In this document: positions 47,489-57,848 of the stretch, piece by piece
Layout: every line of letters starts with the position of its first letter
Position numbering within the stretch: position 1 is the first letter of the stretch
Assembly: GCA_030167865.1 (NCBI GenBank)
Contig: JALAGF010006261.1
Span: 1-64,000 of the forward strand
Direction of reading: 5' to 3'
Source: Craspedostauros australis
Lineage: Eukaryota
DNA length: 64,000 nucleotides
Notes under the pieces: model-generated
The model's database searches: none
Seen by the model: the letters and a program-made list of their open reading frames with translations, nothing else
Told to the model about the DNA's origin: nothing
Program-made: the position numbers and the translations under genes

Positions 47489-48242
47489 GCACACCAACTA
47501 TTGACGCCAAACCATTCGATGCGGTATGCCACAGCATGACTGCGTTGCGCCATCGGCACTGACAACCACGGTGCACGCGCTGTGTCCGCAAATTATACAA
47601 GCTACAAATCAAACACACACACAACCAACACACCAATGTTCGCACGGTACAACAGCTTGTGCGGACGGGGAAAGGGACGCAAGGGATCTCTCTTTTCACT
47701 CGCTACTACATTAAACCAGTAGTACGAGCGTAGAGCCATAACTTCGAGACCCCTGTTTACTTCTCAACAGATGAAATCAACTTTGTAGATTCGCACGTCG
47801 CCCATTGCCTTGGGTCAGTGCAGCCTCTCTCTCTGCACATGATGGAGTGCATACTTGTATTGCTTCCAGTGATCATTGTCACTGTATCTACCCATACGAG
47901 GCGAGTGCAGCTGTCCCACTACGAGCACTGAGTATTCGCATGTATTACTCCACCGAGGCCAGGCGCATGATGATCGCCATCACAGCGTCTCCGCAGTCGC
48001 CTTGGTTGCTTCAGCCATGTTGCCAACAGCATACGGATACAGTGTGATGGGAGACCATGCAGATACATGCAGAAGAGAGTAGTTGTACTTGTACTCGTGG
48101 TACTTTACGTGTGAACCATAATGCAGCACTGAGTGTCTGTACTAATATGGATATGCACATCCTGTCCAAGCACCCGCCGCGATCCCATGCCTCATGCTGA
48201 CGAGTGGGCACGTGAGCTATAGGACACCACTTCCTTGGCTCT

Positions 48243-51200
48243 CTACGTGTTTCCACAGTTCATGTCCGAGTACAGACGTTTGACGTGATTGGCCCAGTGT
48301 CGCAGACCGGTAGCGTGGGTCTTTGTCTCGTGCTCCAGCTGGTCCAATGCATCGGCTCGCAGTATCTCAGCCTGTTCCAGTGCCATGGCCAGCTTGATAA
48401 TATCCTGCTTCATCTGCGCCATCAGCTCGCGGTCGTTGCCATCGTGGAGGGCGACCTCGGCCGACAGCTCCTCGTTCTGGGATCGGAGTTGTTCAAATTC
48501 GGTGGCCAGCGTGTACAGATCGCTGTCCTTCTTACCGATCTCCTCTTCGACCTCCCTCAATTGCTGCTCCATGCCCGCCACCTGCGATTGCAGCAGCTTC
48601 ATCTGCTCATCTCTCTCCGAGACAGCATCGTGCGCGGCGGTCAACTCGCGACGCACGCCGGACTCCCTCGTGCTGGACTCCGACTCGGCGATCGCCTTCT
48701 GATGCATGAGATCGACAATCTTGCTCTCCAACACGCGCATTTGCTCCATCGCCTGACTCTTGCTCTCCTCCAGTGCGTTGCGATCGGCGACGCGCTCCTT
48801 CGTAGTGCACAGCTCGTCCTGCAATGCAGTCAAGTGCTGCTGAAGCGAGGTGTTGTCCTGCTGCATCGCTGCCAGTGTGCTCTCCTTCTGCCGGAGTTCG
48901 GACTTCAATGCTTGCAGACCCTCCTCGATCTCGTCTCTTCTCTTGGAGTCAAAGTCCATCTGGAGGTCGAACAGCGAGGATTCAGTTTCCGACAACTTGA
49001 ATTTCGTCGCTTCCAGATCGTTCCTTGACGATTCGCAGAGGACTTCGAGCTCGCGGATCCTCGCTCGTCCCATCTCGGCAGCTGCTGTCATATCATTGAT
49101 GGTATGGTGCAACGCATCAATCGTCTCCGCACCGCCTTGCGATCCTCGCATGACGTTGCTGAGCTGGGTCTGCAGATCCAGGATGGCCGCATCCTTCTGC
49201 TCCACCGCAGCCTGCTGGTCCGCCAAGCTGCGTTCCAGAAACCCAATGCGATTCTGCAAATCGCTGGTCCGACCCATCTGCGTGTTCTGGTTCTGGAGTT
49301 GTGCTGTGGCCTGATCGAGCTGTCGTGACAACGACGCGTAGCGATCCTCAAGAGCCTGGCGTTCACTGGCCAATCTCTGCATCTCTGCAACCATCTGATT
49401 CTCGCTTGCAACCTTGCCCTCCTCGAGGTCGGCAAGGTCTCGTCGGAGACCTTCAACGGTGCCATCCAATGTTGCTTGTGACTGTCCCACGTGCTTGAAT
49501 TGCATGCGCAGCTCGTTGCACTCTTGAGTTGCCTGTTCGAGTTCTGCCTGCAGCCCCAAGTTGGCCTGACGAAGAGCCTCCACTTCTTCGTCAGGAACCG
49601 TACCGCCGGGATGCGTCTCAGCCTTGGCATGCTCCAACTCGATGATCGCAGCATTCCTCTCCTCGATTTCGTGCTGCAGCTCGATGATGTGCTGTTCACC
49701 AGCATCCATCTGCTCCTTGAGCATTCCAAACTGCACCAGCATCTCTTCGCTCTCAGCCTGTAGAGCCTCGTTGTCTCTGTCGGCCTGTTCCTTGGCGTCG
49801 GCCAATCCTTGCGCTTCGACTTGCAACGCTTCAAGGTGCGATCTTGTCTCCTCCAGGGCGGCAGCAAGGCTGCCTTCGTCGTTGCCCCTATTCTGCAATG
49901 CTTCTTTTGCCTGTGCCAAGCGTTGTTGCAGTTCCTGCTTCTCCTCTTGCAGAGCGGTGATGGAAGAGTTCCACTTTTCGCCATCTTGCTGCAATTGTGC
50001 AATAGCGCGTTGCTTCTCTTCGATGACCACCTGATTTTGCGCCATCGATCCCCGCAAGGTGGCAATGCTTTGCTTCGCCTCATCCAGGCTTTTGGCGAGG
50101 TTATCCTTCTGCTTCATAGCATCTTGCGTCGCCTTTGTCTCGTTGTGGAGCTTCTGCTCCAGGGCAACGAACCCACCGATTCTCGCGTTGGCTGCTCGCA
50201 ATTGTCCCTCCAAGTCCACGCATCTCTTGGAGAGAGTCTCGATTTCAACCTGACTGGTCGAACCAACCTTGCTATTCGTTTCCAACTCACGTGACACCCG
50301 CTCAAGTTCCTGCTGCAAGTTCATCATCTTCGTCTCATCATTTGTCGCCAGCTGCCTCGCCCGTTCCGCAGCCTCCTCCAACGTCGCGCAACGCCTCTTG
50401 ATGTCTGCGATTGCGTTCTTCGCACCATCACGTTCTTTCGTGATGGCGGCACGTTGGTTGGTCAAAGCCCCAATATGAAGATCCTTTGCGGATGATGCCT
50501 TGCGCAGGCTCTCTGCTTGCTTCCGAAGCGACTCGGCCTCACGCTTGGAGCTTTCCAGCATGCTGCCCATCTTCATCAGCTCCTTGTTCTGATTTTCCAG
50601 ATGCCCAATCATGTCACGCGATACCGAGAGTTCCGTGCGCAATGTGTCTCGTTCCTGCGACACAGATCTCAGCTCGATATAGATGGAACCAAGCTTCTGG
50701 CCATCTGCCTCAACGCTTGACAGCTTCGAACGAACTTCAGCGTTTTGAGTCTCCAGGGCCTTGCATTTGCCTTCCAGGGTCTCGATTTGCTGCGTTGCTC
50801 CCATGAGCTTCGCTTCCATGGCCTGGATTGCTTGTGCGTGAGATTGCTTGATACTTACAATCTCCTTCTCCAGTTGTTCCTTTGCAGCACGCGCCGTTTG
50901 CTCTGCGGTCCGAATCGTGGAAATCCGCTTCTTAGCTTCGTTTGTCGTCACCTTCTTCGCCTCGAGCAGCTCAATGATGCGCGCCTTGTCCTTCGTGGAC
51001 TGAGAATGGAGCTTTGCGACAGTCTGAGCATGCTGCTTTGCGACAGTCGCTGTATCTCTCTTGTTCTGGACCACCTCGGCCTGGCTGAGCGCCAGCTTCC
51101 TCTGTGACTCATCAAGATGGACCTTGATCTCTGCATGCTGCGCGTCCTTGGTGGTCAACGTCGCCCGCAGGCTCTGCAGCTGGATCTTCACCTGCTCTTC

Positions 51201-54200
51201 GGAAGTCACCTGCATCATCGCGTCGTTGAGAGAGGCCTTCAAGTTCTCAATCTCTGCGGTCTGGCCATTTTGGCGTGCTCGGAAGTCCGAGATCATGTTG
51301 TCCTTGTTCGTAATCTCCTGCTGATGCCGCATCATCTCGGATTGCAGTTCCTGGTGCTTGGCTTCGACGGAAGAAAGTTCCGATTGGAGCTCCGAGGTCT
51401 TTGCGGACAGATCAATGTTCGTATCCTGCAAAGACTTCATCTCAGCCTCAATCCTCTGAAGATCCTGCGCGTACAGCTGGGAATTTGCCACAGCCTGCTT
51501 CTTCGCGCTCTCAACTTCGGAAAAGAGTTCCTTTCCGCTCGCTTCCAGTGCGCCTTTCTCTGCCACCCATGCGAGTTCCGACTTTGCCTTCTGCTCAAGC
51601 TCGTGACGTAGCTCGCCATTGACCTTCTCAAGATCTGCAACCATCGTTTCGAAGTTCTTCAGCTGTTCGACAGATCGCTTGGTTGAAGTTTGAAGGCTGG
51701 CGAGCTCTTCGTCATGAGATCCCTGCTTCGATTCCATGTTGGTCTTGGACTTCTTGAGCGCATCGTTTGACGATCGCAAAATCTGGACCTCCTTCTCGAG
51801 CAGTTGGCGCTTCAATATCTCCTGCTGCAGAAGCTTCTCAAAGTCGATTTGTACATCTCCGTTCGGCGTCTTCAACTTTCCCACAAGCTTGTCCTCTCCG
51901 GCGTTCATAGCGATTAGGCTTTTCACGCAGGGACATCCTGTATCAAAGTTGTTCGGGCAACCCGGACAGGCTGGATCAATGGTGCTTGTGGTTGTGGTTG
52001 GATTGATAGAGGAAGACGATCCTTGAGTTTTGGGCGTCAGACCCAGTTCGGCATCGTTCAAGAGGTTTGTGTCAAGGCTGTATCTCCCCTTGGGCGTGGA
52101 TGGTGGCGTGTCATCCTGATCCATAACAATGCTGCCATTCCAGCCGCTGCCTTGTGTGTTGTTGGGATCGTAGTACCTTGTTGTGTTCAAAGATACGTCG
52201 CCCATTTCGGCATCGTAGAATTCGCCCTCGTCGGACAGTGATGGGCCCATGCCGTGGCTTGTCGCCACCACGGCATCATTCTCGCTGAGGCTGTCCATCC
52301 ACTTGACGGAGAGATTCCTCTCGTCAGTGGAGTGATCCGTGGCACGCCCAACGAGCGAGTTGGCATGCACGGACGTATCGGTTGGCATGCCATCGTCGGA
52401 ACCACCTCCGCCGATGGAGTCATCATCGACCTCCGACACGGTTGCGAGTGCATCGACGGTGGATCCACCTCGTGACGGGGCGAGCGACGATCGAGACGAT
52501 TGCATGGGAAGATGATCGACGACGGGTCCGAATTCGTCCTCTTCGACATCTTCAGTGTCCTTGCTCGTGTCTGCTGTTGAGAGTTGCGCTGCCACGGAGT
52601 CCAGTGTTCGCGGTCTGCGCACCGTTGGATCTGCAGCTGGTTTCCTGTCCTCCTCCTGCACCGGTGGAGCAACCGGTTCGGTTGCAGGAGCCTGAGGGTC
52701 GGGAACTGGCGTGTGATCGACGACTGGGCCGAATTCATCCTCCTTCTGGTCATCTGGTGGTAATGCCGACTTCTCGCCGACAGTTGCCATCTCGGACGAC
52801 GCATCTTGAGGGGGCTCCGGCACCTCAGTTTCTTCGGGCAAGTGATCCACGAGCTGTTCGCGATTCCTGTCCTCGTCATTGCCCGACTGCGGATTTGGGA
52901 CCTCGGTGATGATGTCCAAGTCGTCATGATCCCACGCGTTCGGTTCGTCCCCTCCTGAGGTCTCCACAGCATCGTCAAGATCATCGTCGACCATGGATGG
53001 TTGGGCGACGACGGTGGATCCGGCAGCAGAAGGCACCGCTGGCGGTCGAACGACGGGAGTCACATCAACGACAGGACCGAAGTTTTGCTCCTCCTGACCA
53101 AAGTCATCGACTTGGGACAGCATCTCAGAGGGATCGGCCACGACGTCCAGCGTGGAAGCGTCGGTTGCTCGCGATTCCGGACGTTGAGGCACATGATCAA
53201 CGAGATGAGGCATCTCGGGAGCTGAACGTGGCCCGGCATTCTCCAGTTCGGCTTCCTCATGTTCCCATCCTTCTTCTTGCTCCTGTTGCTGTGCGGATTG
53301 CGTACCGTCATTCAATGTAGACTCGTCCATCTCCTCGTCACGCTTGATTTCGGTGTTCACGGCAGACGTTGCAGTGGCTTGTCCGGTGGCGACGGAAGCC
53401 GCGGTCTTGTGTGATATGATTGGCGTGTGATCTACGACAGCGCCGAAGTTGTCATTTTCAATGATGCTGTCGGTCTTGTCTTCCTTCTTGCGTGCTGAGA
53501 CGACGGATGGATCCACGACGACGGCAACAGATGAATCTGTGGGAACGCTGTCCCTACGCGAGGGGATATGATCCACCACAGAGTCCTTCGCCTTTTCAAC
53601 AACACTGCCATCGACGGCATCGTCGCCATCGGTGGAGGTCGTAGTCGCAGGATGAGCTGGCGCATCCAGCTGCTCCAATGTGACTTCGTCATCCCAACCT
53701 TCCCCGATGGCAGTATCACCTCCGATCGTGGAGGTTCCAAACCACGTGCCATCCATGTCGTCTTCAGTCTTTGCTTCATTCCGAGCGCTGGCTGTGGCAC
53801 CTGCACCGAAGGTTGCCATTGACGTTGCGATTGAGCGGGAAGCGCTGCGTGGTGCGGGGGTAAGATCGACCATCTTTCCAAACCTGTCGCTCTTGACGTT
53901 CTCGTCATTGAAGCCATCGACTGTCGACGCCACATCCGCTGGATCAGCAATCACGATCGTCGACGCGTCCGCGCCACGCTTTCTTGGCGCGGTCTTCGGG
54001 ACATGGTCCACCAGATGGCTCTCTGCGAAAGTCGAGTTGAGCCCATCCGCGATCGCTGGTTCGTCCTCGGCTTCCCACACAGACTCCACCACGCTCGCCA
54101 TGCCCGCCAATGTATTTTCTTCCATCTCGTCACTCTGGCGGATGTCTGCATCAAGACCGGTTGCCTGCGGCGCCATGGAGGCTGCGACTGAATGCGCCAC

Positions 54201-57200
54201 AGAACGGTTGTCGATCGGGGTTTGATCCACAACGGGGCCAAAATTAGTGATCGTATCTCCGGCAATTGTATCTGGATTGTTCGTGGACGCATCGCATGGA
54301 TTCAAGGCCAGCACGGAGCCATCTTGTTCCTTCGTCTTGACCTCTGGAACGTGGTCCACCAGAGTCTCTTCCTTCTTTCCCGTTGGGGCGCTTGACCCCG
54401 TGTCCGTCCCCGTCTCAGCATTGCTGTTGCTCCAAGCGCCGTTCGCCCGTGCGTCCATGCCGGTGCTTTCAACTTCATCAATGACGGTTTCCAGCTCCTC
54501 ATCCAGCTTCCAATCTCCGTGCAATCCTGTAAGCTGAGTGACAACCGAGGTTGCCACCGAGTAGGTGGACAGTCTGGCGGCGCTGGGAGCGATCACGCCA
54601 GGCGTGTGATCGACAATCGGGCCGAAGCCGCTTGGGACCGTGTCATCGTCGTCGCCCACGTTATCGTCATTTTGGCTGGAGGCATGAGACGCGCCAGCGA
54701 GAGTAAATGTGGAGGCATCTGCTCGCTTCGCTGTCTTGGTGTCTCCTCTCGGGACGTGGTCGACGAGATGATTCTCTTCCACCATCGAGAGCTTGATGGT
54801 GCCCACCACGCTCCTGTTCTCGCCATCAAGGTCCAAGGTTCCGCCGAAACCTGTTACTTGCGTGGAGTCGTCGTGGCTGAAGTCGTCCATGTCGTTGTTT
54901 TGCCGGATGTCTTCATCGACGTCTGTAATGTCGGCAAATCCCAGGACGGTGTCGTCCATGATCGATGCCGAAGTGTTGCCGACACTCGCCTTTTTCTTCG
55001 CCTGAGGCGTTTCGGGAGTGTGGTCGACCACCTTGCCGAAGTGGTTCTCTTGCGTGTCATCCATTCCATCGTTGGAGACGTCCAGCTCTTCCTCTGACGA
55101 CGAACCACCGATGGGGTCCACCGATGGGTTCACGGTGTGCCTTGGTTCGTTTTGCACGGGTGTGTGGTCGACGAGCGGAACTTTGAGAGGGACCAATGTA
55201 ACTGGCATCGACTCGGGATCATTTTCGTTGCTTTGTTCCGAAAGCCGTGACAAGACCGCGGGTGGAGACGATGCGCCGAACGGATACACTGTGGAATCTT
55301 CATGGAATGAGATGGTGTACGCGCTTCTTGGCTTGTGGTTGTTGTGCCTTGCCATGAACTCCTTCTTCTTGCTGCTGCCGCTGTCGCTTCCGTTGACGTT
55401 TTTGGAATGTGGGGAGTCCGGTGCATCTTCCTCACCTTCGCTGATGGAGTTCAAGGATTCCCCGATCGAGGCGCCGCCCATGGCAGCCCACGATGACTCG
55501 TAGGCAGAACCGCGGACGATGCGCGCGGTCGGTGCTGGTGTGTGATCGACCACCTTGCGCGCACCCGATGCCGATCGCAGCGCGGAGCGTCGCTGCTCCT
55601 TGTGGTAGCTTTCCTCGTCGATGGAATCCAACGTTTCGGCAACAGAAATATCTGCACCAAAGACGGCCATGGATGATGTCGACTCCATCCTTTCCTTGAT
55701 CGGTGGCGGCGGTGGCAGTGGGGTATGATCCACAAGCTTCGGTGCTGATCCTGCGTCGCCGTTTGATTCCAGTTGGATGGAAGCATCGAGATTCCCGAGC
55801 GTATCGTCGTCGTCTGCCCACACGCTCTCGATGCATGAGGCAACCGCGTCGTTGGTTGCATCCGTTTGCCGTGCAGCGGTTGGAGTTGGTGGTGGAGGCG
55901 GCGGTGGTGTGTGATCCACCAAGGGAATTTGCGCGACATCGTCGGCGAGATCGTTGAGAATTGTGTCGTGCTCGCCGCCCCAGGCATTGTCGTCCTGCTT
56001 GAGCACTGTCTCTGACATGCCTTCCTGCGAAGGGTTTTGCCCTGAAGACGATGCAGACGCATCGATACGCTCATCCGTCAAGGCGTCATCGAATTCGTTG
56101 AGGTCGATGTCGTCGTCATCGCCCCATCCGCTGTCTGGTGCCATGGCGTCGCTGGTCTCCATTCGTTTCAGCGTGCGCCTTTCTGGTGTTCTGTCGACAA
56201 CATTGGCTTGGGTCTTCATTGTCGTCGCGATGGGCGAGCCACTTTGGGAGACAGCCGCCGAGTCGTCCCCGAAGATGGACGATGACGCTGAGGCCACTGC
56301 GCTGCTCGTCGTCTGTCGTTGGTAGAGGGTCTGCGGTGGCGGCGGGGGTGGTGTTTGATCAATCATCGATACGCCTGTGCCGTTCGCAGGGGGTTGACGT
56401 CCCTGCATCGCATCTTGGAACAGTTCATCGTCGGCAGCTCCCACGTCAACTTCCAGGTTTCTTGCGGGTGCATGGCCGATGACGCCCGTGTTGACATTGC
56501 CGTTGGTGTTGGCACTGGTATCGCCGATGTCTTTGCCAGCATTGTCAATGTCGGTATCGCCAACGATGTTGTCCAAATCGTCGAGGCCGTCGTTGTCCCA
56601 TCCCGAAGCGTCGCTGGATTGGCGCGCAACAGCAGCTGTGGAGAGTGCAGTTGCGCCCAGCGAAGTGGCTGTGCTTGTGACAGATACTTCACGGTTGGAT
56701 GCGAATCGAGGAGGTGGCCGCGGCAATGGGGTGTGATCAACGACGTTCGTCAAGCCCTGTTTGATCTCCGCTTCATCCACGTCCGCGTCCGTGTCCACAT
56801 CATCCATGTCATTCCATCCGTTGCTTGGCGACAAAGCTTGGTTGGCAGTGTCCAGTGCCGCTGCATCCACCTGAGTTTGAGTCACATCGTTGAGCGGCAC
56901 CACAGAGTCGGGTTTTCGATGAGTTGGTCCCGACTGCTCCTGGGCCCTGGGGGTGTCAGGGAGTCCTTCGAGATCTAGATCGTCGTCCCATCCAGACTCC
57001 ATCAACTCCGAGCTTGTTGGGTCTGCAGCGAGACTGGATGGCACTTGCGCTGCTGCCGTTTGCGCACCAAATGTGAAGGCAGGCGTCTGTGTGGGCGCGG
57101 GTGCGGCAACTGGCACAGGTGTTGATGCAGCGGCTGTTCCGTTGGCGTCCTCGTCGAGCAGACCATCGAGACCGTCGTCATCATCGCCCCAGCCATTGTC

Positions 57201-57848
57201 GTCATTCCCATTGTCAATTGCATCATCCTTCTGCGCATTGGTGACATGGTCGACCTGCTTGGTGGAGAGAGGAGTGCCGTTGGCAACAGGATGACCGCCA
57301 TTCATGCGAGCACCCACAGCAGCATGCCCTTCGTTGTCCTTGTCCTTGTCATCGTGATCGTCATGGTCATCGAGTCCCAGGCTGTCGTCATCGCCCCATC
57401 CTTCTGCATCTCCGGCATCTGTCACTGGGTCCACTTGTGGCTGCGCGGCCTGCTCCAGAAGACTTGCTACCCGTCCCATGAGGGAGCCATCACGATTTGG
57501 AATGCTCCCCATGTTCAGCGCGCCGAAACCAAAGCCTGCAGCAGGTCGTGGTGGTGGCGGCGGTGGAGGCCGCGGCGGTGGGGCACCAAAGAGCGTGTGC
57601 GCTGTGACGTTGGATACACCAGCAGAGAACGCATTGGTGGTTGCGTTTGCGTTTGTGCCGACCGCATTGTTGCCACCGCCTTTGTTGTGGTCATCATCAT
57701 CATTGTCATCATCATTGTCATCGAAGGAGACGTCCCCAAAGTCATCATCGTCGCCCCAGCCGTCCTGCATGTCTCCATCGTCGAAGTCGTTGCCGCTGAC
57801 GCCGATGTTGGCATTGCTGGAGCCGTTCGATAGGCCAAAGAAGCTCAT
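48243..57848 (-). CDS. Giant intronless protein (3201 aa): acidic disordered N-terminal ~2000 aa with VDHxP and GW-acidic repeats, short Cys cluster, then ~1200 aa of coiled coil (golgin/tether-like architecture)
   Basis: 9.6-kb stop-free ORF starting ATG AGC TTC (MSFFG). Repeated motifs are visible in the translation, and the C-terminal third is E/K/Q/L heptad-rich. Confidence 0.88.
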   Translation of the reverse strand: MSFFGLSNGSSNANIGVSGNDFDDGDMQDGWGDDDDFGDVSFDDNDDDNDDDDHNKGGGNNAVGTNANATTNAFSAGVSNVTAHTLFGAPPPRPPPPPPPRPAAGFGFGALNMGSIPNRDGSLMGRVASLLEQAAQPQVDPVTDAGDAEGWGDDDSLGLDDHDDHDDKDKDNEGHAAVGARMNGGHPVANGTPLSTKQVDHVTNAQKDDAIDNGNDDNGWGDDDDGLDGLLDEDANGTAAASTPVPVAAPAPTQTPAFTFGAQTAAAQVPSSLAADPTSSELMESGWDDDLDLEGLPDTPRAQEQSGPTHRKPDSVVPLNDVTQTQVDAAALDTANQALSPSNGWNDMDDVDTDADVDEAEIKQGLTNVVDHTPLPRPPPRFASNREVSVTSTATSLGATALSTAAVARQSSDASGWDNDGLDDLDNIVGDTDIDNAGKDIGDTSANTNGNVNTGVIGHAPARNLEVDVGAADDELFQDAMQGRQPPANGTGVSMIDQTPPPPPPQTLYQRQTTSSAVASASSSIFGDDSAAVSQSGSPIATTMKTQANVVDRTPERRTLKRMETSDAMAPDSGWGDDDDIDLNEFDDALTDERIDASASSSGQNPSQEGMSETVLKQDDNAWGGEHDTILNDLADDVAQIPLVDHTPPPPPPPTPTAARQTDATNDAVASCIESVWADDDDTLGNLDASIQLESNGDAGSAPKLVDHTPLPPPPPIKERMESTSSMAVFGADISVAETLDSIDEESYHKEQRRSALRSASGARKVVDHTPAPTARIVRGSAYESSWAAMGGASIGESLNSISEGEEDAPDSPHSKNVNGSDSGSSKKKEFMARHNNHKPRSAYTISFHEDSTVYPFGASSPPAVLSRLSEQSNENDPESMPVTLVPLKVPLVDHTPVQNEPRHTVNPSVDPIGGSSSEEELDVSNDGMDDTQENHFGKVVDHTPETPQAKKKASVGNTSASIMDDTVLGFADITDVDEDIRQNNDMDDFSHDDSTQVTGFGGTLDLDGENRSVVGTIKLSMVEENHLVDHVPRGDTKTAKRADASTFTLAGASHASSQNDDNVGDDDDTVPSGFGPIVDHTPGVIAPSAARLSTYSVATSVVTQLTGLHGDWKLDEELETVIDEVESTGMDARANGAWSNSNAETGTDTGSSAPTGKKEETLVDHVPEVKTKEQDGSVLALNPCDASTNNPDTIAGDTITNFGPVVDQTPIDNRSVAHSVAASMAPQATGLDADIRQSDEMEENTLAGMASVVESVWEAEDEPAIADGLNSTFAESHLVDHVPKTAPRKRGADASTIVIADPADVASTVDGFNDENVKSDRFGKMVDLTPAPRSASRSIATSMATFGAGATASARNEAKTEDDMDGTWFGTSTIGGDTAIGEGWDDEVTLEQLDAPAHPATTTSTDGDDAVDGSVVEKAKDSVVDHIPSRRDSVPTDSSVAVVVDPSVVSARKKEDKTDSIIENDNFGAVVDHTPIISHKTAASVATGQATATSAVNTEIKRDEEMDESTLNDGTQSAQQQEQEEGWEHEEAELENAGPRSAPEMPHLVDHVPQRPESRATDASTLDVVADPSEMLSQVDDFGQEEQNFGPVVDVTPVVRPPAVPSAAGSTVVAQPSMVDDDLDDAVETSGGDEPNAWDHDDLDIITEVPNPQSGNDEDRNREQLVDHLPEETEVPEPPQDASSEMATVGEKSALPPDDQKEDEFGPVVDHTPVPDPQAPATEPVAPPVQEEDRKPAADPTVRRPRTLDSVAAQLSTADTSKDTEDVEEDEFGPVVDHLPMQSSRSSLAPSRGGSTVDALATVSEVDDDSIGGGGSDDGMPTDTSVHANSLVGRATDHSTDERNLSVKWMDSLSENDAVVATSHGMGPSLSDEGEFYDAEMGDVSLNTTRYYDPNNTQGSGWNGSIVMDQDDTPPSTPKGRYSLDTNLLNDAELGLTPKTQGSSSSINPTTTTSTIDPACPGCPNNFDTGCPCVKSLIAMNAGEDKLVGKLKTPNGDVQIDFEKLLQQEILKRQLLEKEVQILRSSNDALKKSKTNMESKQGSHDEELASLQTSTKRSVEQLKNFETMVADLEKVNGELRHELEQKAKSELAWVAEKGALEASGKELFSEVESAKKQAVANSQLYAQDLQRIEAEMKSLQDTNIDLSAKTSELQSELSSVEAKHQELQSEMMRHQQEITNKDNMISDFRARQNGQTAEIENLKASLNDAMMQVTSEEQVKIQLQSLRATLTTKDAQHAEIKVHLDESQRKLALSQAEVVQNKRDTATVAKQHAQTVAKLHSQSTKDKARIIELLEAKKVTTNEAKKRISTIRTAEQTARAAKEQLEKEIVSIKQSHAQAIQAMEAKLMGATQQIETLEGKCKALETQNAEVRSKLSSVEADGQKLGSIYIELRSVSQERDTLRTELSVSRDMIGHLENQNKELMKMGSMLESSKREAESLRKQAESLRKASSAKDLHIGALTNQRAAITKERDGAKNAIADIKRRCATLEEAAERARQLATNDETKMMNLQQELERVSRELETNSKVGSTSQVEIETLSKRCVDLEGQLRAANARIGGFVALEQKLHNETKATQDAMKQKDNLAKSLDEAKQSIATLRGSMAQNQVVIEEKQRAIAQLQQDGEKWNSSITALQEEKQELQQRLAQAKEALQNRGNDEGSLAAALEETRSHLEALQVEAQGLADAKEQADRDNEALQAESEEMLVQFGMLKEQMDAGEQHIIELQHEIEERNAAIIELEHAKAETHPGGTVPDEEVEALRQANLGLQAELEQATQECNELRMQFKHVGQSQATLDGTVEGLRRDLADLEEGKVASENQMVAEMQRLASERQALEDRYASLSRQLDQATAQLQNQNTQMGRTSDLQNRIGFLERSLADQQAAVEQKDAAILDLQTQLSNVMRGSQGGAETIDALHHTINDMTAAAEMGRARIRELEVLCESSRNDLEATKFKLSETESSLFDLQMDFDSKRRDEIEEGLQALKSELRQKESTLAAMQQDNTSLQQHLTALQDELCTTKERVADRNALEESKSQAMEQMRVLESKIVDLMHQKAIAESESSTRESGVRRELTAAHDAVSERDEQMKLLQSQVAGMEQQLREVEEEIGKKDSDLYTLATEFEQLRSQNEELSAEVALHDGNDRELMAQMKQDIIKLAMALEQAEILRADALDQLEHETKTHATGLRHWANHVKRLYSDMNCGNT

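Noticed and set aside
52500..56750. CRISPR-like or DNA tandem-array reading of the recurring GTGTGATCGAC-like words
   Set aside because: The copies are short, degenerate at synonymous positions, irregularly spaced and in frame. This is a protein-level repeat, and there are no cas genes.
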